Shown here piece after piece: positions 8,751 through 17,096 of a stretch of 64,000 bases of DNA (positions are counted from its first letter, which is position 1; each line of letters begins with the position of its first letter). A program made the position numbers and the translations under genes. This stretch comes from Candidatus Cloacimonadales bacterium (GTDB lineage: Bacteria > Cloacimonadota > Cloacimonadia > G963667145). The notes under the pieces were generated by a model. It was given only the letters and a program-made list of their open reading frames with translations. It searched no databases and was not told the DNA's origin. The stretch lies in NCBI GenBank assembly GCA_965228195.1, contig OZ245797.1, forward strand, positions 1,417,771 through 1,481,770, in the 5' to 3' direction.

Positions 8751-9191
8751 GTGTTGACAGATTTTACTAAATATCCGCCCAAGCCTGAGAATATTTTGCA
8801 GATTTTGCATATAGCTCAGGATGCCAACCCTTGGCAGTATCTGAGTGAAGATGATTTGATTGAGGTGGCTAACTACTTGAAGATGCCTTACAATCAGGTT
8901 TACTCTGTGGCGAGTTTTTACTCGATGTTTGCCCTGCAGCCCAGAGGAAAGTTCGTTATCAAGGTTTGTTTGTCGCCGCACTGTGTGGTGCAAGGCTCGG
9001 ACAACCTTTTCGATTATCTCAAGAAAGAGACGAAGAGCCTAGAAGATGTGAGTCTGGAGGCTTGTCAATGTTTGGGCGTTTGTGGCAATGCGCCGGTGGT
9101 GCTGGTGAACGACAAGATTTATGGAAATATGAACCAAGAGAAGCTGGAGGGACTGCTGCAAAACCTGAAAGGGGGCGAAAATGTTTTATAG
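8751..9191 (+). CDS. NuoE/HydC-like [2Fe-2S] subunit (pair 2)
   Basis: 146 aa with CLSPHC ... CQCLGVCGNAPVVLV. GTG start 2 nt after GAAGGAGG (8741-8748). Confidence 0.85.
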   Translation: MLTDFTKYPPKPENILQILHIAQDANPWQYLSEDDLIEVANYLKMPYNQVYSVASFYSMFALQPRGKFVIKVCLSPHCVVQGSDNLFDYLKKETKSLEDVSLEACQCLGVCGNAPVVLVNDKIYGNMNQEKLEGLLQNLKGGENVL

Positions 9192-10731
9192 ATCGCATCT
9201 GCTTTTTGTGGTGGACGAGCACACCTTGGACAAAGGGGTCAAAGATGTTATTGCCGCTATGCGCGAGCAGCTAGCCGAAAACGGTTTGGACAACGAGATT
9301 GGAGTGCTAGAGACGGGAACTTTGGGCTATGTTTCCAAAGGCGTCCACTTCATTATCTATCCCGACAATCTGCTTTATCACAATATCACTGTCGAGGATG
9401 TTCCTTTCATCGTCTTGGAACATTTTTTGAAAGGGCGCCCGGTGAAGAAGTTTTGTCAAGCTGCCAAACAAGAGGTGGAGTTTGCTTATTCAAAAAGAAT
9501 AGTGCTGAAAAACTCTGGCAAGATCAACCCCGAGTCGATCGACGAGTATATCGCCGTGGATGGGTATCAATCTCTGGGGAAAGCTCTGGAGATGGGGAAA
9601 GAGGCTGTTTTGGAACAGATAAAAAGCTCCAACTTGCGTGGACGCGGCGGTGCGGGATTTCCTACGGGTATCAAGCTGGAGATGACCGCCAAGCAAGAAG
9701 AGAAGCAAAAGTATATCGTGGTGAACGCCGACGAGGGAGAGGCGGGCACCTTCAAAGATAGGTTGATAATGGAAGGCGACCCACATAAGCTTTTGGAAGG
9801 AATGATGATCGCAGGGTTTGTGGCAGGAGCTGACACGGGCTTTATTTATATTCGCGGTGAGTATCACCTGTGTATTAACAGGCTGAAGAAAGCGATCCAG
9901 CAGGCACGCGAGTATGGCCTTTTGGGGAAAGATATTTTGGGTAGTGGTTTCGATTTTGATGTGATGGTGAAGGTAGGGGCAGGGGCTTATGTTTGCGGTG
10001 AGGAGACGGCTCTATTGAACTCCTTAGAGGGTGGCAGAGGCAATCCTCGCTCCAAACCGCCTTATCCTGGGGTGAGCGGACTCTGGGGGAAACCGACGGT
10101 GGTCAACAATGTGGAGACTCTTTCCAATCTGCCTGCCATCGTGGAAAAAGGTGGTCAGTGGTTTGCCAGCATTGGCACGCCCAGCTCTTGTGGGACGAAG
10201 GTTTACACCATCTTGGGCGATGTGAATAGCCCCGGCTTGATCGAGGTGCCGATGGGAACGACTCTCTCGGAGATCATCTTCAAGTATGGAGGTGGACTCA
10301 AAGAGGATAAGAAGTTTAAGGCTGCCTTGGTGGGAGGCGCTGCGGGGATGTTTTTGCCTTCTGAGCTTTTGCAGATCAAGCTAGATTTTGAGAACTTGTC
10401 CAAAGAGTCTGCCGTGCTAGGTTCGGGAGCCATCTTGATTATGAGCGAAAAGAGCAGTATGCTCAAAGTTTTGCGCTCTATCTTGAACTTCTTCTTGCAC
10501 GAGTCTTGTGGAAAGTGTAGCCCTTGTCGCATTGGTTGCAAGGTGCTGGTTAATCTGCTAGACAAGATCTTGGCAGGAGAAGGTAGCAGAGAAGATGTCA
10601 AACGGTTGGAAGAGACAGCCAAGTTGATGCAAAAAACATCTTTTTGTGCCTTGGGACAATCTCCGATGATGCCTATTAGCAGCATGGTGAAGTATTTCGG
10701 AGACGAATTTGAAAAGTTTATAGGAGAGTAA
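9181..10731 (+). CDS. NuoF/HydB-like flavoprotein subunit (pair 2, reduced cofactor set)
   Basis: 516 aa with NLRGRGGAGFPT and ESCGKCSPCRIGC present. The N-terminal thioredoxin-like region has no cysteines at the cluster positions, and there is no C-terminal 2x[4Fe-4S] domain. Confidence 0.85.
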   Translation: MFYRSHLLFVVDEHTLDKGVKDVIAAMREQLAENGLDNEIGVLETGTLGYVSKGVHFIIYPDNLLYHNITVEDVPFIVLEHFLKGRPVKKFCQAAKQEVEFAYSKRIVLKNSGKINPESIDEYIAVDGYQSLGKALEMGKEAVLEQIKSSNLRGRGGAGFPTGIKLEMTAKQEEKQKYIVVNADEGEAGTFKDRLIMEGDPHKLLEGMMIAGFVAGADTGFIYIRGEYHLCINRLKKAIQQAREYGLLGKDILGSGFDFDVMVKVGAGAYVCGEETALLNSLEGGRGNPRSKPPYPGVSGLWGKPTVVNNVETLSNLPAIVEKGGQWFASIGTPSSCGTKVYTILGDVNSPGLIEVPMGTTLSEIIFKYGGGLKEDKKFKAALVGGAAGMFLPSELLQIKLDFENLSKESAVLGSGAILIMSEKSSMLKVLRSILNFFLHESCGKCSPCRIGCKVLVNLLDKILAGEGSREDVKRLEETAKLMQKTSFCALGQSPMMPISSMVKYFGDEFEKFIGE

Positions 10732-10736
10732 AAAAA

Positions 10737-12485
10737 ATGCAAATAACGATAAACGGAAAGAAGGTAACGGCTAAGCCAGGGCAGACGATCATGGAGGTTG
10801 CCCGTGAGAGCGGACATTACATCCCGAGTTTGTGTTATCATCAAGATTTGACTCCTACCGGCAACTGTGGAGTTTGTGTGGTGAAGATAGAAGGGACAGG
10901 GCCACTGAAAAGAGCTTGCGTGACTCCAGCCGAGCAGGGGATGTCGATAGTGACCGACTCGCCCGAGATACGCAAACTTCGTAAAGAGCTTTTGTCTTTG
11001 ATTTTGCTCGATCACGATGTGAAATGCCCCACTTGTGACCAAAACGGTAAGTGCGAGTTGCAAGAGCTGATCAACTATATGGATATTCCGGAGTCGAACT
11101 ACGAGCCGATTTTTGAGAAGGCGAAGGTGGACAATCTGGGACCTTCGATAGTAAAAGATACCAACAAGTGTATCCATTGTGGGCGTTGCATCGTGGTGTG
11201 TAACGACATCCAAAAGGTGCACGCTTTGTGTGTGAGTGGCAGAGGCTTTGAGAGCAAAGTAACGGCTGCCTTCGATGCCAATCTTGCCGATAGCCCTTGT
11301 GTGAACTGCGGTCAATGCACCGTCTATTGCCCGGTGGGAGCCTTGAAAGAGAAAACGGAGATCGAGCAGGTGCAAGAAGCTTTGTTCGATCCCAGCAAGG
11401 TAGTGGTGGTGCAAGAGGCTCCTTCGGTGCGGACGGCTCTAGGTGAGGAGTTTGGTATGGACCCGACCAAGGTGACGGTGGGCAAGATGTATGCGGCTTT
11501 GCGCAAGTTAGGGTTTGATAAGGTTTTCGACACCAACTTCGCTGCCGATTTGACCATTATGGAAGAAGGCTCGGAGCTGATTCAAAGGATTAAAGAGGGC
11601 GGAACTTTGCCGTTGATAACCTCTTGTTCGCCAGGCTGGGTGAAGTTCGTGGAAACTTACTTTCCAGATTTTTTGCCCAATGTCTCCAGTTGCAAATCTC
11701 CGCAACAGATGTTCGGGGCGATGGTCAAGACTTACTTTGCCAAGCAAGAGAAGATAGACCCTAAAGATATTGTCAGCGTGTCGATTATGCCCTGCACAGC
11801 CAAGAAGTTCGAGGCTAAGCGTCCGGAGATGAACTCTTCGGGCTACCAAGATGTGGACTGCGTGCTGACGGTGCGGGAGTTTATTAAGATGATAAAGGCA
11901 GCCAAGATAGATTTTGTAAACTTGCCCGAGGAGAGTGCCGACCAGTTGATGGGTCAATACACAGGGGCAGGAACCATCTTCGGTGCCACAGGTGGAGTGA
12001 TGGAGGCTGCCATTCGGACGGCTTACGCTATCTTGTCGGGCAAAGAGCTGGGCAAGCTAGAGGTGGAAGCGGTGCGTGGCATGCAAGGCATCAAGGAGGC
12101 TAGCTTGGATATTCCCCTGAAAGATAGCTCGACCACCTTGAGTGTCAATGTGGCTGTGGCACACGGCTTGGGCAACGCCAAGAAGCTTTTGGAAGATGTG
12201 CAAGCTGGCAAGAAATCTTACCACTTCATCGAGATAATGGCGTGTCCCGGTGGCTGTGTGGGCGGTGGCGGTCAACCTTACGGCTCTAGTATTGCCGACC
12301 GTGCCAGACGCGGCGAGTCGCTTTACAAAGAGGACAAAGATTGTGAGTTTAGAGCCTCGCATACCAACCCGATGATCAAGAAGATCTATAAAGAGTTTTT
12401 GGGTGAGCCGCTCTCGCATGTTTCGCACAAATATCTGCACACGCATTACCAACAAAGAAGCAAACTGACGGGGAAGCAAGGGTAG
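10737..12485 (+). CDS. hydA: [FeFe]-hydrogenase catalytic subunit (CpI-like M3 architecture)
   Basis: 582 aa. N-terminal [2Fe-2S] and His-ligated cluster motifs, then CIHCGRCIVVC and CVNCGQCTVYCP. H-cluster motifs are L1 TSCSPGW (atypical), L2 MPCTAKKFE and L3 EIMACPGGCVGGGGQP. Confidence 0.95.
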   Translation: MQITINGKKVTAKPGQTIMEVARESGHYIPSLCYHQDLTPTGNCGVCVVKIEGTGPLKRACVTPAEQGMSIVTDSPEIRKLRKELLSLILLDHDVKCPTCDQNGKCELQELINYMDIPESNYEPIFEKAKVDNLGPSIVKDTNKCIHCGRCIVVCNDIQKVHALCVSGRGFESKVTAAFDANLADSPCVNCGQCTVYCPVGALKEKTEIEQVQEALFDPSKVVVVQEAPSVRTALGEEFGMDPTKVTVGKMYAALRKLGFDKVFDTNFAADLTIMEEGSELIQRIKEGGTLPLITSCSPGWVKFVETYFPDFLPNVSSCKSPQQMFGAMVKTYFAKQEKIDPKDIVSVSIMPCTAKKFEAKRPEMNSSGYQDVDCVLTVREFIKMIKAAKIDFVNLPEESADQLMGQYTGAGTIFGATGGVMEAAIRTAYAILSGKELGKLEVEAVRGMQGIKEASLDIPLKDSSTTLSVNVAVAHGLGNAKKLLEDVQAGKKSYHFIEIMACPGGCVGGGGQPYGSSIADRARRGESLYKEDKDCEFRASHTNPMIKKIYKEFLGEPLSHVSHKYLHTHYQQRSKLTGKQG

Positions 12486-12490
12486 AGTTT

Positions 12491-12529
12491 CTGACCACAT
12501 CAAACGGTTAGCCGTTTTTATGTGGTCAG
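12491..12529 (+). terminator. Hairpin after hydA (CTGACCACAT...ATGTGGTCAG); possible terminator and member of the TGACCAC hairpin family
   Basis: A perfect 10-bp stem with an inner AAACGG/CCGTTT stem lies 6 nt after the hydA stop. There is no clear U-tract. Its 3' half recurs at 16031-16056. Confidence 0.45.
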
Positions 12530-12603
12530 GAAATTGTAATTTATGATCTGCTTAAAGAAGTTAATAAAAAAGTGCTTGAATATTATTTTTAATTGGTATA
12601 TAA

Positions 12604-12744
12604 ATGAAATTAGATTTTGCAATTATAATTCCTATGGCAAATGAACAAGAAGATTTTGGTTTGTTATTGGGTTATAGGTTGTATGGTATTACCTCTGGTT
12701 ATCAAGAATTCTATACCAAAAACATATTGAAAAGGGTTGTATGA
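12604..12744 (+). pseudogene. 46-codon remnant resembling the N-terminus of a family-2 glycosyltransferase
   Basis: Translates to MKLDFAIIIPMANEQEDF..., the classic GT2 start, then terminates. Its TGA overlaps the ATG of the next GT2 gene (ATGA). Confidence 0.4.
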
Positions 12745-13469
12745 AATTCACAAATTTAACCATTATTATTACAGCGATGGATGAGACTTACTCTCTAAAA
12801 AAGACCGTTGATACAATTATGAATGAAACAAACGGAGCGTATATTGATGAAATTATAATTGTTTTGAGCGAAAAACGAGGTAGTTTTGCTTGCAAAGAGG
12901 TAACCTTAAAGTTAGCAAAACAGTACAAAAAAGTTTCTTATATTTTCCAAAAAAGACCTTTTGCAGGGGGAGCTTTACAAGATGGTTTTGATATTGCCAA
13001 TGGATCTCATATTGTGATAATGTCTGCTGATTTGGAAACAGATCCGCATTTAATACCACTTATGATTGAGCAGTCGATACTAAATCCGGATAATATAGTT
13101 ACTGTATCACGTTGGTGTAAAGGTGGAGGGTTTTATGGATATAATAAAATCAAACTATATCTTAATTATATTTTTCAAAAGTTAATTGCAATAATGTTTT
13201 TTTCTGATTTAACAGATATCACATATGGCTATAGGTTGATTCCCACCAATCTTGTAAAAATAATTGATTGGAAAGAATTAAAACATCCTATGTTTCTTGA
13301 AACAGCGGTTGTTCCATTAAGGCTTGGTGTTAAGTTTTGTGAAATATCAGGAAAGTGGAAAGCCAGAACCGAAGGAGTTTCTCAAAATTCATTCATAGCA
13401 AACTTTAACTATTTTAAAACTGCCTTTAGAGTCAGATTCAGTAAAAAAAATAAATTAATCAGGCAATAA
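12741..13469 (+). CDS. Family-2 glycosyltransferase (polyprenol-phosphate sugar synthase-like)
   Basis: 242 aa with TIIITAMDETYSL ... IIIVLS ... MSADLETDP (DxD-like), in a Dpm1/GtrB-like layout. AT-rich codon usage. Confidence 0.7.
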   Translation: MKFTNLTIIITAMDETYSLKKTVDTIMNETNGAYIDEIIIVLSEKRGSFACKEVTLKLAKQYKKVSYIFQKRPFAGGALQDGFDIANGSHIVIMSADLETDPHLIPLMIEQSILNPDNIVTVSRWCKGGGFYGYNKIKLYLNYIFQKLIAIMFFSDLTDITYGYRLIPTNLVKIIDWKELKHPMFLETAVVPLRLGVKFCEISGKWKARTEGVSQNSFIANFNYFKTAFRVRFSKKNKLIRQ

Positions 13470-13494
13470 TTATAAAAAAAATAATAAGGTCAAT

Positions 13495-14496
13495 ATGAAG
13501 AATACTTTTTTGATAATTACTTCAATTGCAGATCAAAACCATCCTGTTTTAAGGCAGTTTGCAAAGGAAACGCAAAAGAGAGGAATAGAGTTTATTACGA
13601 TTGGTGATAGCAAAAGCCCCCGAGATTTTGATTTAGATGGTTGTGATTTTTACTCTCTTGAAAAGCAACAGAAATTAAACTTTAAATTAGCAAAAATGTT
13701 GCCTGAAAAGCACTACTCGAGGAAAAATTTAGGATACTTAATTGCCGCTTCAAAGGCAGCAGAAGTAATTGTTGAAACAGACGACGACAATTTGCCTTTG
13801 GAAGATTTTTGGAATAGCCCCCAAAGGCAAGTAAAAGCGCATTTGCTAGATGACAAGGGTTGGGTAAATATTTATAACTATTTTACCGAAGCTCATATTT
13901 GGCCAAGAGGTTTCGCTCTTGAGAATATTTTGAAAAAATTACCTACATTGAGCGAACAAGTTTCGATAAATTGCCCAATTCAGCAAGGACTTGCCGACGA
14001 AAATCCAGATGTTGATGCTATTTATAGGCTTACTCTACCTTTGCCAATCACTTTCAATAAGGGTAAGAGTGTTGCTCTTGGTAACAATTCTGTTTGTCCT
14101 TTTAATAGCCAAAACACAACATGGTTTAAAGAGGCTTTTCCTCTTTTATATTTGCCTTCTTATTGTAGCTTTAGGATGACAGATATTTGGCGTTCTTTTG
14201 TGGCTCAGCGAATAGCTTGGAGTTGTGGTTGGCCTATTTTATTTCATAGTAGCACTGTATGGCAAGAAAGAAATGACCATAATCTGATGAAAGATTTTCG
14301 AGATGAAATACCAGGCTATAATAGTAATGCTCAAATAGTTGAAGCTCTAAAAAATTTGGATTTGAAAAAAGGAATCGATAATATCCCAGATAATATGCAA
14401 TTATGTTACAATAAATTGATTGAGTTGGATCTGGTAGCTAAAAAGGAAAGTCCTCTTTTAGATGCTTGGCTAAAAGATATTAGCTCATTTGTTTAA
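13495..14496 (+). CDS. Putative glycosyltransferase, DUF288/STELLO-like
   Basis: 333 aa with RKNLGYLIAASKAAEVIVETDDDNLP, an acidic DxD-type motif. The family assignment is from memory only. Confidence 0.4.
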   Translation: MKNTFLIITSIADQNHPVLRQFAKETQKRGIEFITIGDSKSPRDFDLDGCDFYSLEKQQKLNFKLAKMLPEKHYSRKNLGYLIAASKAAEVIVETDDDNLPLEDFWNSPQRQVKAHLLDDKGWVNIYNYFTEAHIWPRGFALENILKKLPTLSEQVSINCPIQQGLADENPDVDAIYRLTLPLPITFNKGKSVALGNNSVCPFNSQNTTWFKEAFPLLYLPSYCSFRMTDIWRSFVAQRIAWSCGWPILFHSSTVWQERNDHNLMKDFRDEIPGYNSNAQIVEALKNLDLKKGIDNIPDNMQLCYNKLIELDLVAKKESPLLDAWLKDISSFV

Positions 14497-14538
14497 GGGA
14501 ATTTTAAAATAGTACAATAACTAGAAAAGGAGTTAAAT

Positions 14539-15990
14539 ATGAATTATTTTAACCATAATTACACCAAAATCTTTTTATTTTGTTTGTTGTTTTTAACATC
14601 TATAATAGTTGTAAAAGATTACACAAGTTTTGAAAAAAACAAATTTTCTGGTTATGATGAACAAATGTGGACAGGCTCTTCAATAACGGCTTATAATATG
14701 TTTTTTAAAAATTATAAAAGGAAAAATGTAAATCTGGAGAGGTGGTTTTATAGCTATTCACAAAAGCATAGCTACAATTTTAGAAGAATGCCATACAAGC
14801 AAGTGCAGTGGTTTGACGATGCTCTTTGGACTTCTGGATGGAAATCTCCTAACACGGCGAAATTTATTATGGGGTTTTTTGTGAACAGTTTTGGGGACAA
14901 CATTGATAAAGAAGGTTATTTTTATCACTATACTGCGGATAAAGAAAAAAATAAATGGCCAGGAAGCTATGTCCCTAAAGATTTAATAAAGTTAGCCAGA
15001 TTAGCTAATGGTATGATGACTTTTTTTTCTATTTTGATTATATTTTTTATAGGATATAGATTTTTTAATTTTTATATCGGTTTATTTTCATCGCTTTATT
15101 TGCTTTTTAACAAAACTTTCTTGATAGTAAATACTCAAGCGAGAGTTTCTAGTGCTTCTCTTTTCTTTTCTTTTTTGGTGTTGCTATTTTTTTTACTTTT
15201 TCTGGAAGAGCTTTATAAAAATGACAATAAAAAAAGTTATTGGTATAGTGCAATAATAGGCGTTTGTTTCCCTTTGGCAGTGGGAGCTAAACTGAATGCA
15301 GCTTTGATTGGATACTTTTTTGTCGTGTTTTTTGCTCTAAATTTGTTTCTTTTGTTGAAAAAAAAGGCAGTAGAGAGTAAAAGTAAAAATGGTAAGGTTA
15401 CCATAGAGTATATACGTACAAAAGAAAGCTATAAAGTGATCCAAAAAATGGTTTTTTGTTTTGCAATAATATCTGTCTTGACAGCTGCTATTTTTATTTA
15501 TACTAATCCTACCTTGTACGATAAACCAATATTGAAAATGATGATGATGCAAGAGTCTGTTAAAGATTTTTTTGATTTAAGAGCAAGAGCTTTGAACAGC
15601 ACTCATATCAATAACTCATGGTTTGTTTCTTTTTGGTATGTGATGAAGAGAAATTTTTTGAAAGTTGACAAATCTTTTCTGGGGACAATTGGTGCGGTTA
15701 TGCGAATAAAGTATAACTTTTTGGATTTCCTTTTTTTTATGACAGGATTTGTTTATTTGATTAAAAAAGGAGTTAACAAGATGAAAGAAGCCAATAGAAT
15801 GAATAAGGAGTTATCGATCATTATTTGGTTTTTGATCTGTATTTGGGGAATATCGAAATTTATTTGGATAGATTGGGGTAGATATTATATGCCTTTGTAT
15901 ATAACGAGTCCTATAATTATTTCTATAGGAATAATGGAATCTTTTAATTATTTAAAAACTAAGATCGAGGCTTTTAGGCTAGCTAGGTAG
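14539..15990 (+). CDS. Polytopic membrane protein, GT-C fold glycosyltransferase-like (PMT/ArnT-type)
   Basis: 483 aa with many hydrophobic helices plus an aromatic-rich N-terminal loop. It sits next to a GT2 polyprenol-P-sugar synthase-like gene. Confidence 0.55.
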   Translation: MNYFNHNYTKIFLFCLLFLTSIIVVKDYTSFEKNKFSGYDEQMWTGSSITAYNMFFKNYKRKNVNLERWFYSYSQKHSYNFRRMPYKQVQWFDDALWTSGWKSPNTAKFIMGFFVNSFGDNIDKEGYFYHYTADKEKNKWPGSYVPKDLIKLARLANGMMTFFSILIIFFIGYRFFNFYIGLFSSLYLLFNKTFLIVNTQARVSSASLFFSFLVLLFFLLFLEELYKNDNKKSYWYSAIIGVCFPLAVGAKLNAALIGYFFVVFFALNLFLLLKKKAVESKSKNGKVTIEYIRTKESYKVIQKMVFCFAIISVLTAAIFIYTNPTLYDKPILKMMMMQESVKDFFDLRARALNSTHINNSWFVSFWYVMKRNFLKVDKSFLGTIGAVMRIKYNFLDFLFFMTGFVYLIKKGVNKMKEANRMNKELSIIIWFLICIWGISKFIWIDWGRYYMPLYITSPIIISIGIMESFNYLKTKIEAFRLAR

Positions 15991-15996
15991 GCTTAT

Positions 15997-16056
15997 CTGA
16001 CCTGACCACATAAATGAGGTCTCGAATGATTAGCCGTATTTATGTGGTCAGGTCAG
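15997..16056. repeat. 19-bp-stem hairpin (CTGACCTGACCACATAAAT / ATTTATGTGGTCAGGTCAG) with 22-nt loop
   Basis: Perfect inverted repeat read directly from the sequence. Its right half is near-identical to 12507-12532. Confidence 0.85.
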
Positions 16057-16060
16057 AAAA

Positions 16061-16770
16061 TTAAAAATTGGGAATGAAAAGTGAAAAATTCCACCCCATC
16101 CTTTCCCCACTAAGTAGTGGTTTAATTTTTTCACTTTTATTTTTAATTAACAATTATCCAATATAACTTGTCAATTGCTTTGAAGCGGGAGCGACAAAGC
16201 CTGTGGTTCACCTACGGTGAGTCCCTCTCTTTTCGTTGAGCGCTCAACGAAAAGAGAGGGGAGAGAAAAGAAAACGCACTCCGCTTCAACTCGCTAGAGA
16301 CGGTTCGTGAGATGTCTTAAGATTTCCGTGGCGTAGAGCATCTCCGAGATTTGTTCCTGACTGGGCTAATCACTTTGGTCTTTCGTTTTCAGCACCTTAA
16401 AAAAGTGCCAAGTGTCTCTGCTCAATTAAGAAAGAAAACGGCTGACCCCAGTGAAGCGGAGAGTGCCTTCCCGCCTAGCTGGGAGGGATAGGTGCTTGCT
16501 TATTTGCTTAGAGTGCGGGGACAACCTCCGCTTAAAGGGGAATTAGCCCCTTTTTATTACTTTGTTAAGCCAGTGACACTAATCACTTTCTAAATAGAGA
16601 TGCAAAGGTTAGATGTTGAAAATGACAAGACTACGGGTAATAAACGGGAACAACCACACTTTTTTACTCTGCTGGTGACACGCCCCGTCGCTGGCGCTCT
16701 GAAGCGGAGTTGTCTTTTCTGTTACTCTTTTCGGCAATCCGAAAAGAGTAAGCCCTCCGCAGGAGAAAGA
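16061..16770. repeat. Composite structured repeat, copy A (modules M1-M2-M3/4)
   Basis: Long stretches are near-identical to 51481-51895 (same orientation) and to 58101-58795 (reverse complement, different module order). It contains a 38-bp perfect palindrome and a 13-bp-stem hairpin. Confidence 0.9.
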
Positions 16771-17096
16771 ACAAAGCAGGACTGTCCAAGAAACAGCTTG
16801 ACGGTTTTGCTACGATCAAAAATCTTGCCATACTAAAAGAAATGGAGTTTGCCTCCTACCTTGTGGTGCGGGTTGTTAGCTTTTTTTTTAAATAAAAGAT
16901 GCTGAAAACTTTAGAGACACCATTCAAGGTTTATTGAGTTAGCTACGGTTTAGCGAAGTTTTGCCAGAAAAAAAAACTAACTAAGCGGTAATTGGTGTTA
17001 AGACAGGCAAATTGTATTTTTTACAGTTTGCTTTTTTTATTGAGGAAATAATTATACAGGAATTTAAGATAATAATCATTTATCAGGAGGTCAATT

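Noticed and set aside
10203-11414. 403-aa minus-strand ORF
   Set aside because: It is antisense to NuoF2 and HydA, both of which have unambiguous motifs. The translation is low-complexity with no recognisable domain. This is a typical shadow ORF.
16061-16770. Possible CRISPR array, because of the recurring short motif
   Set aside because: The TGAAGCGGAG motif alternates in orientation at irregular spacing. There is no direct-repeat/spacer periodicity, and no cas genes are in the window.
16600-16836. 78-aa ORF inside repeat copy A, and the 82-aa ORF at 58400-58648 inside copy C
   Set aside because: The two ORFs are not homologous to each other even though the DNA modules are shared. The frames are not conserved between copies, and neither has an RBS. 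The repeat is therefore treated as non-coding.
16800-17090. Searched the long infC upstream spacer, and other spacers (43512-43794, 58800-58961, 60922-61130), for tRNA genes, riboswitches or clear sigma70 promoters
   Set aside because: I found no tRNA-like T-arm (GGTTCGAATCC-type) or recognisable riboswitch core. The promoter-like hexamers were too weak or mis-spaced to report.
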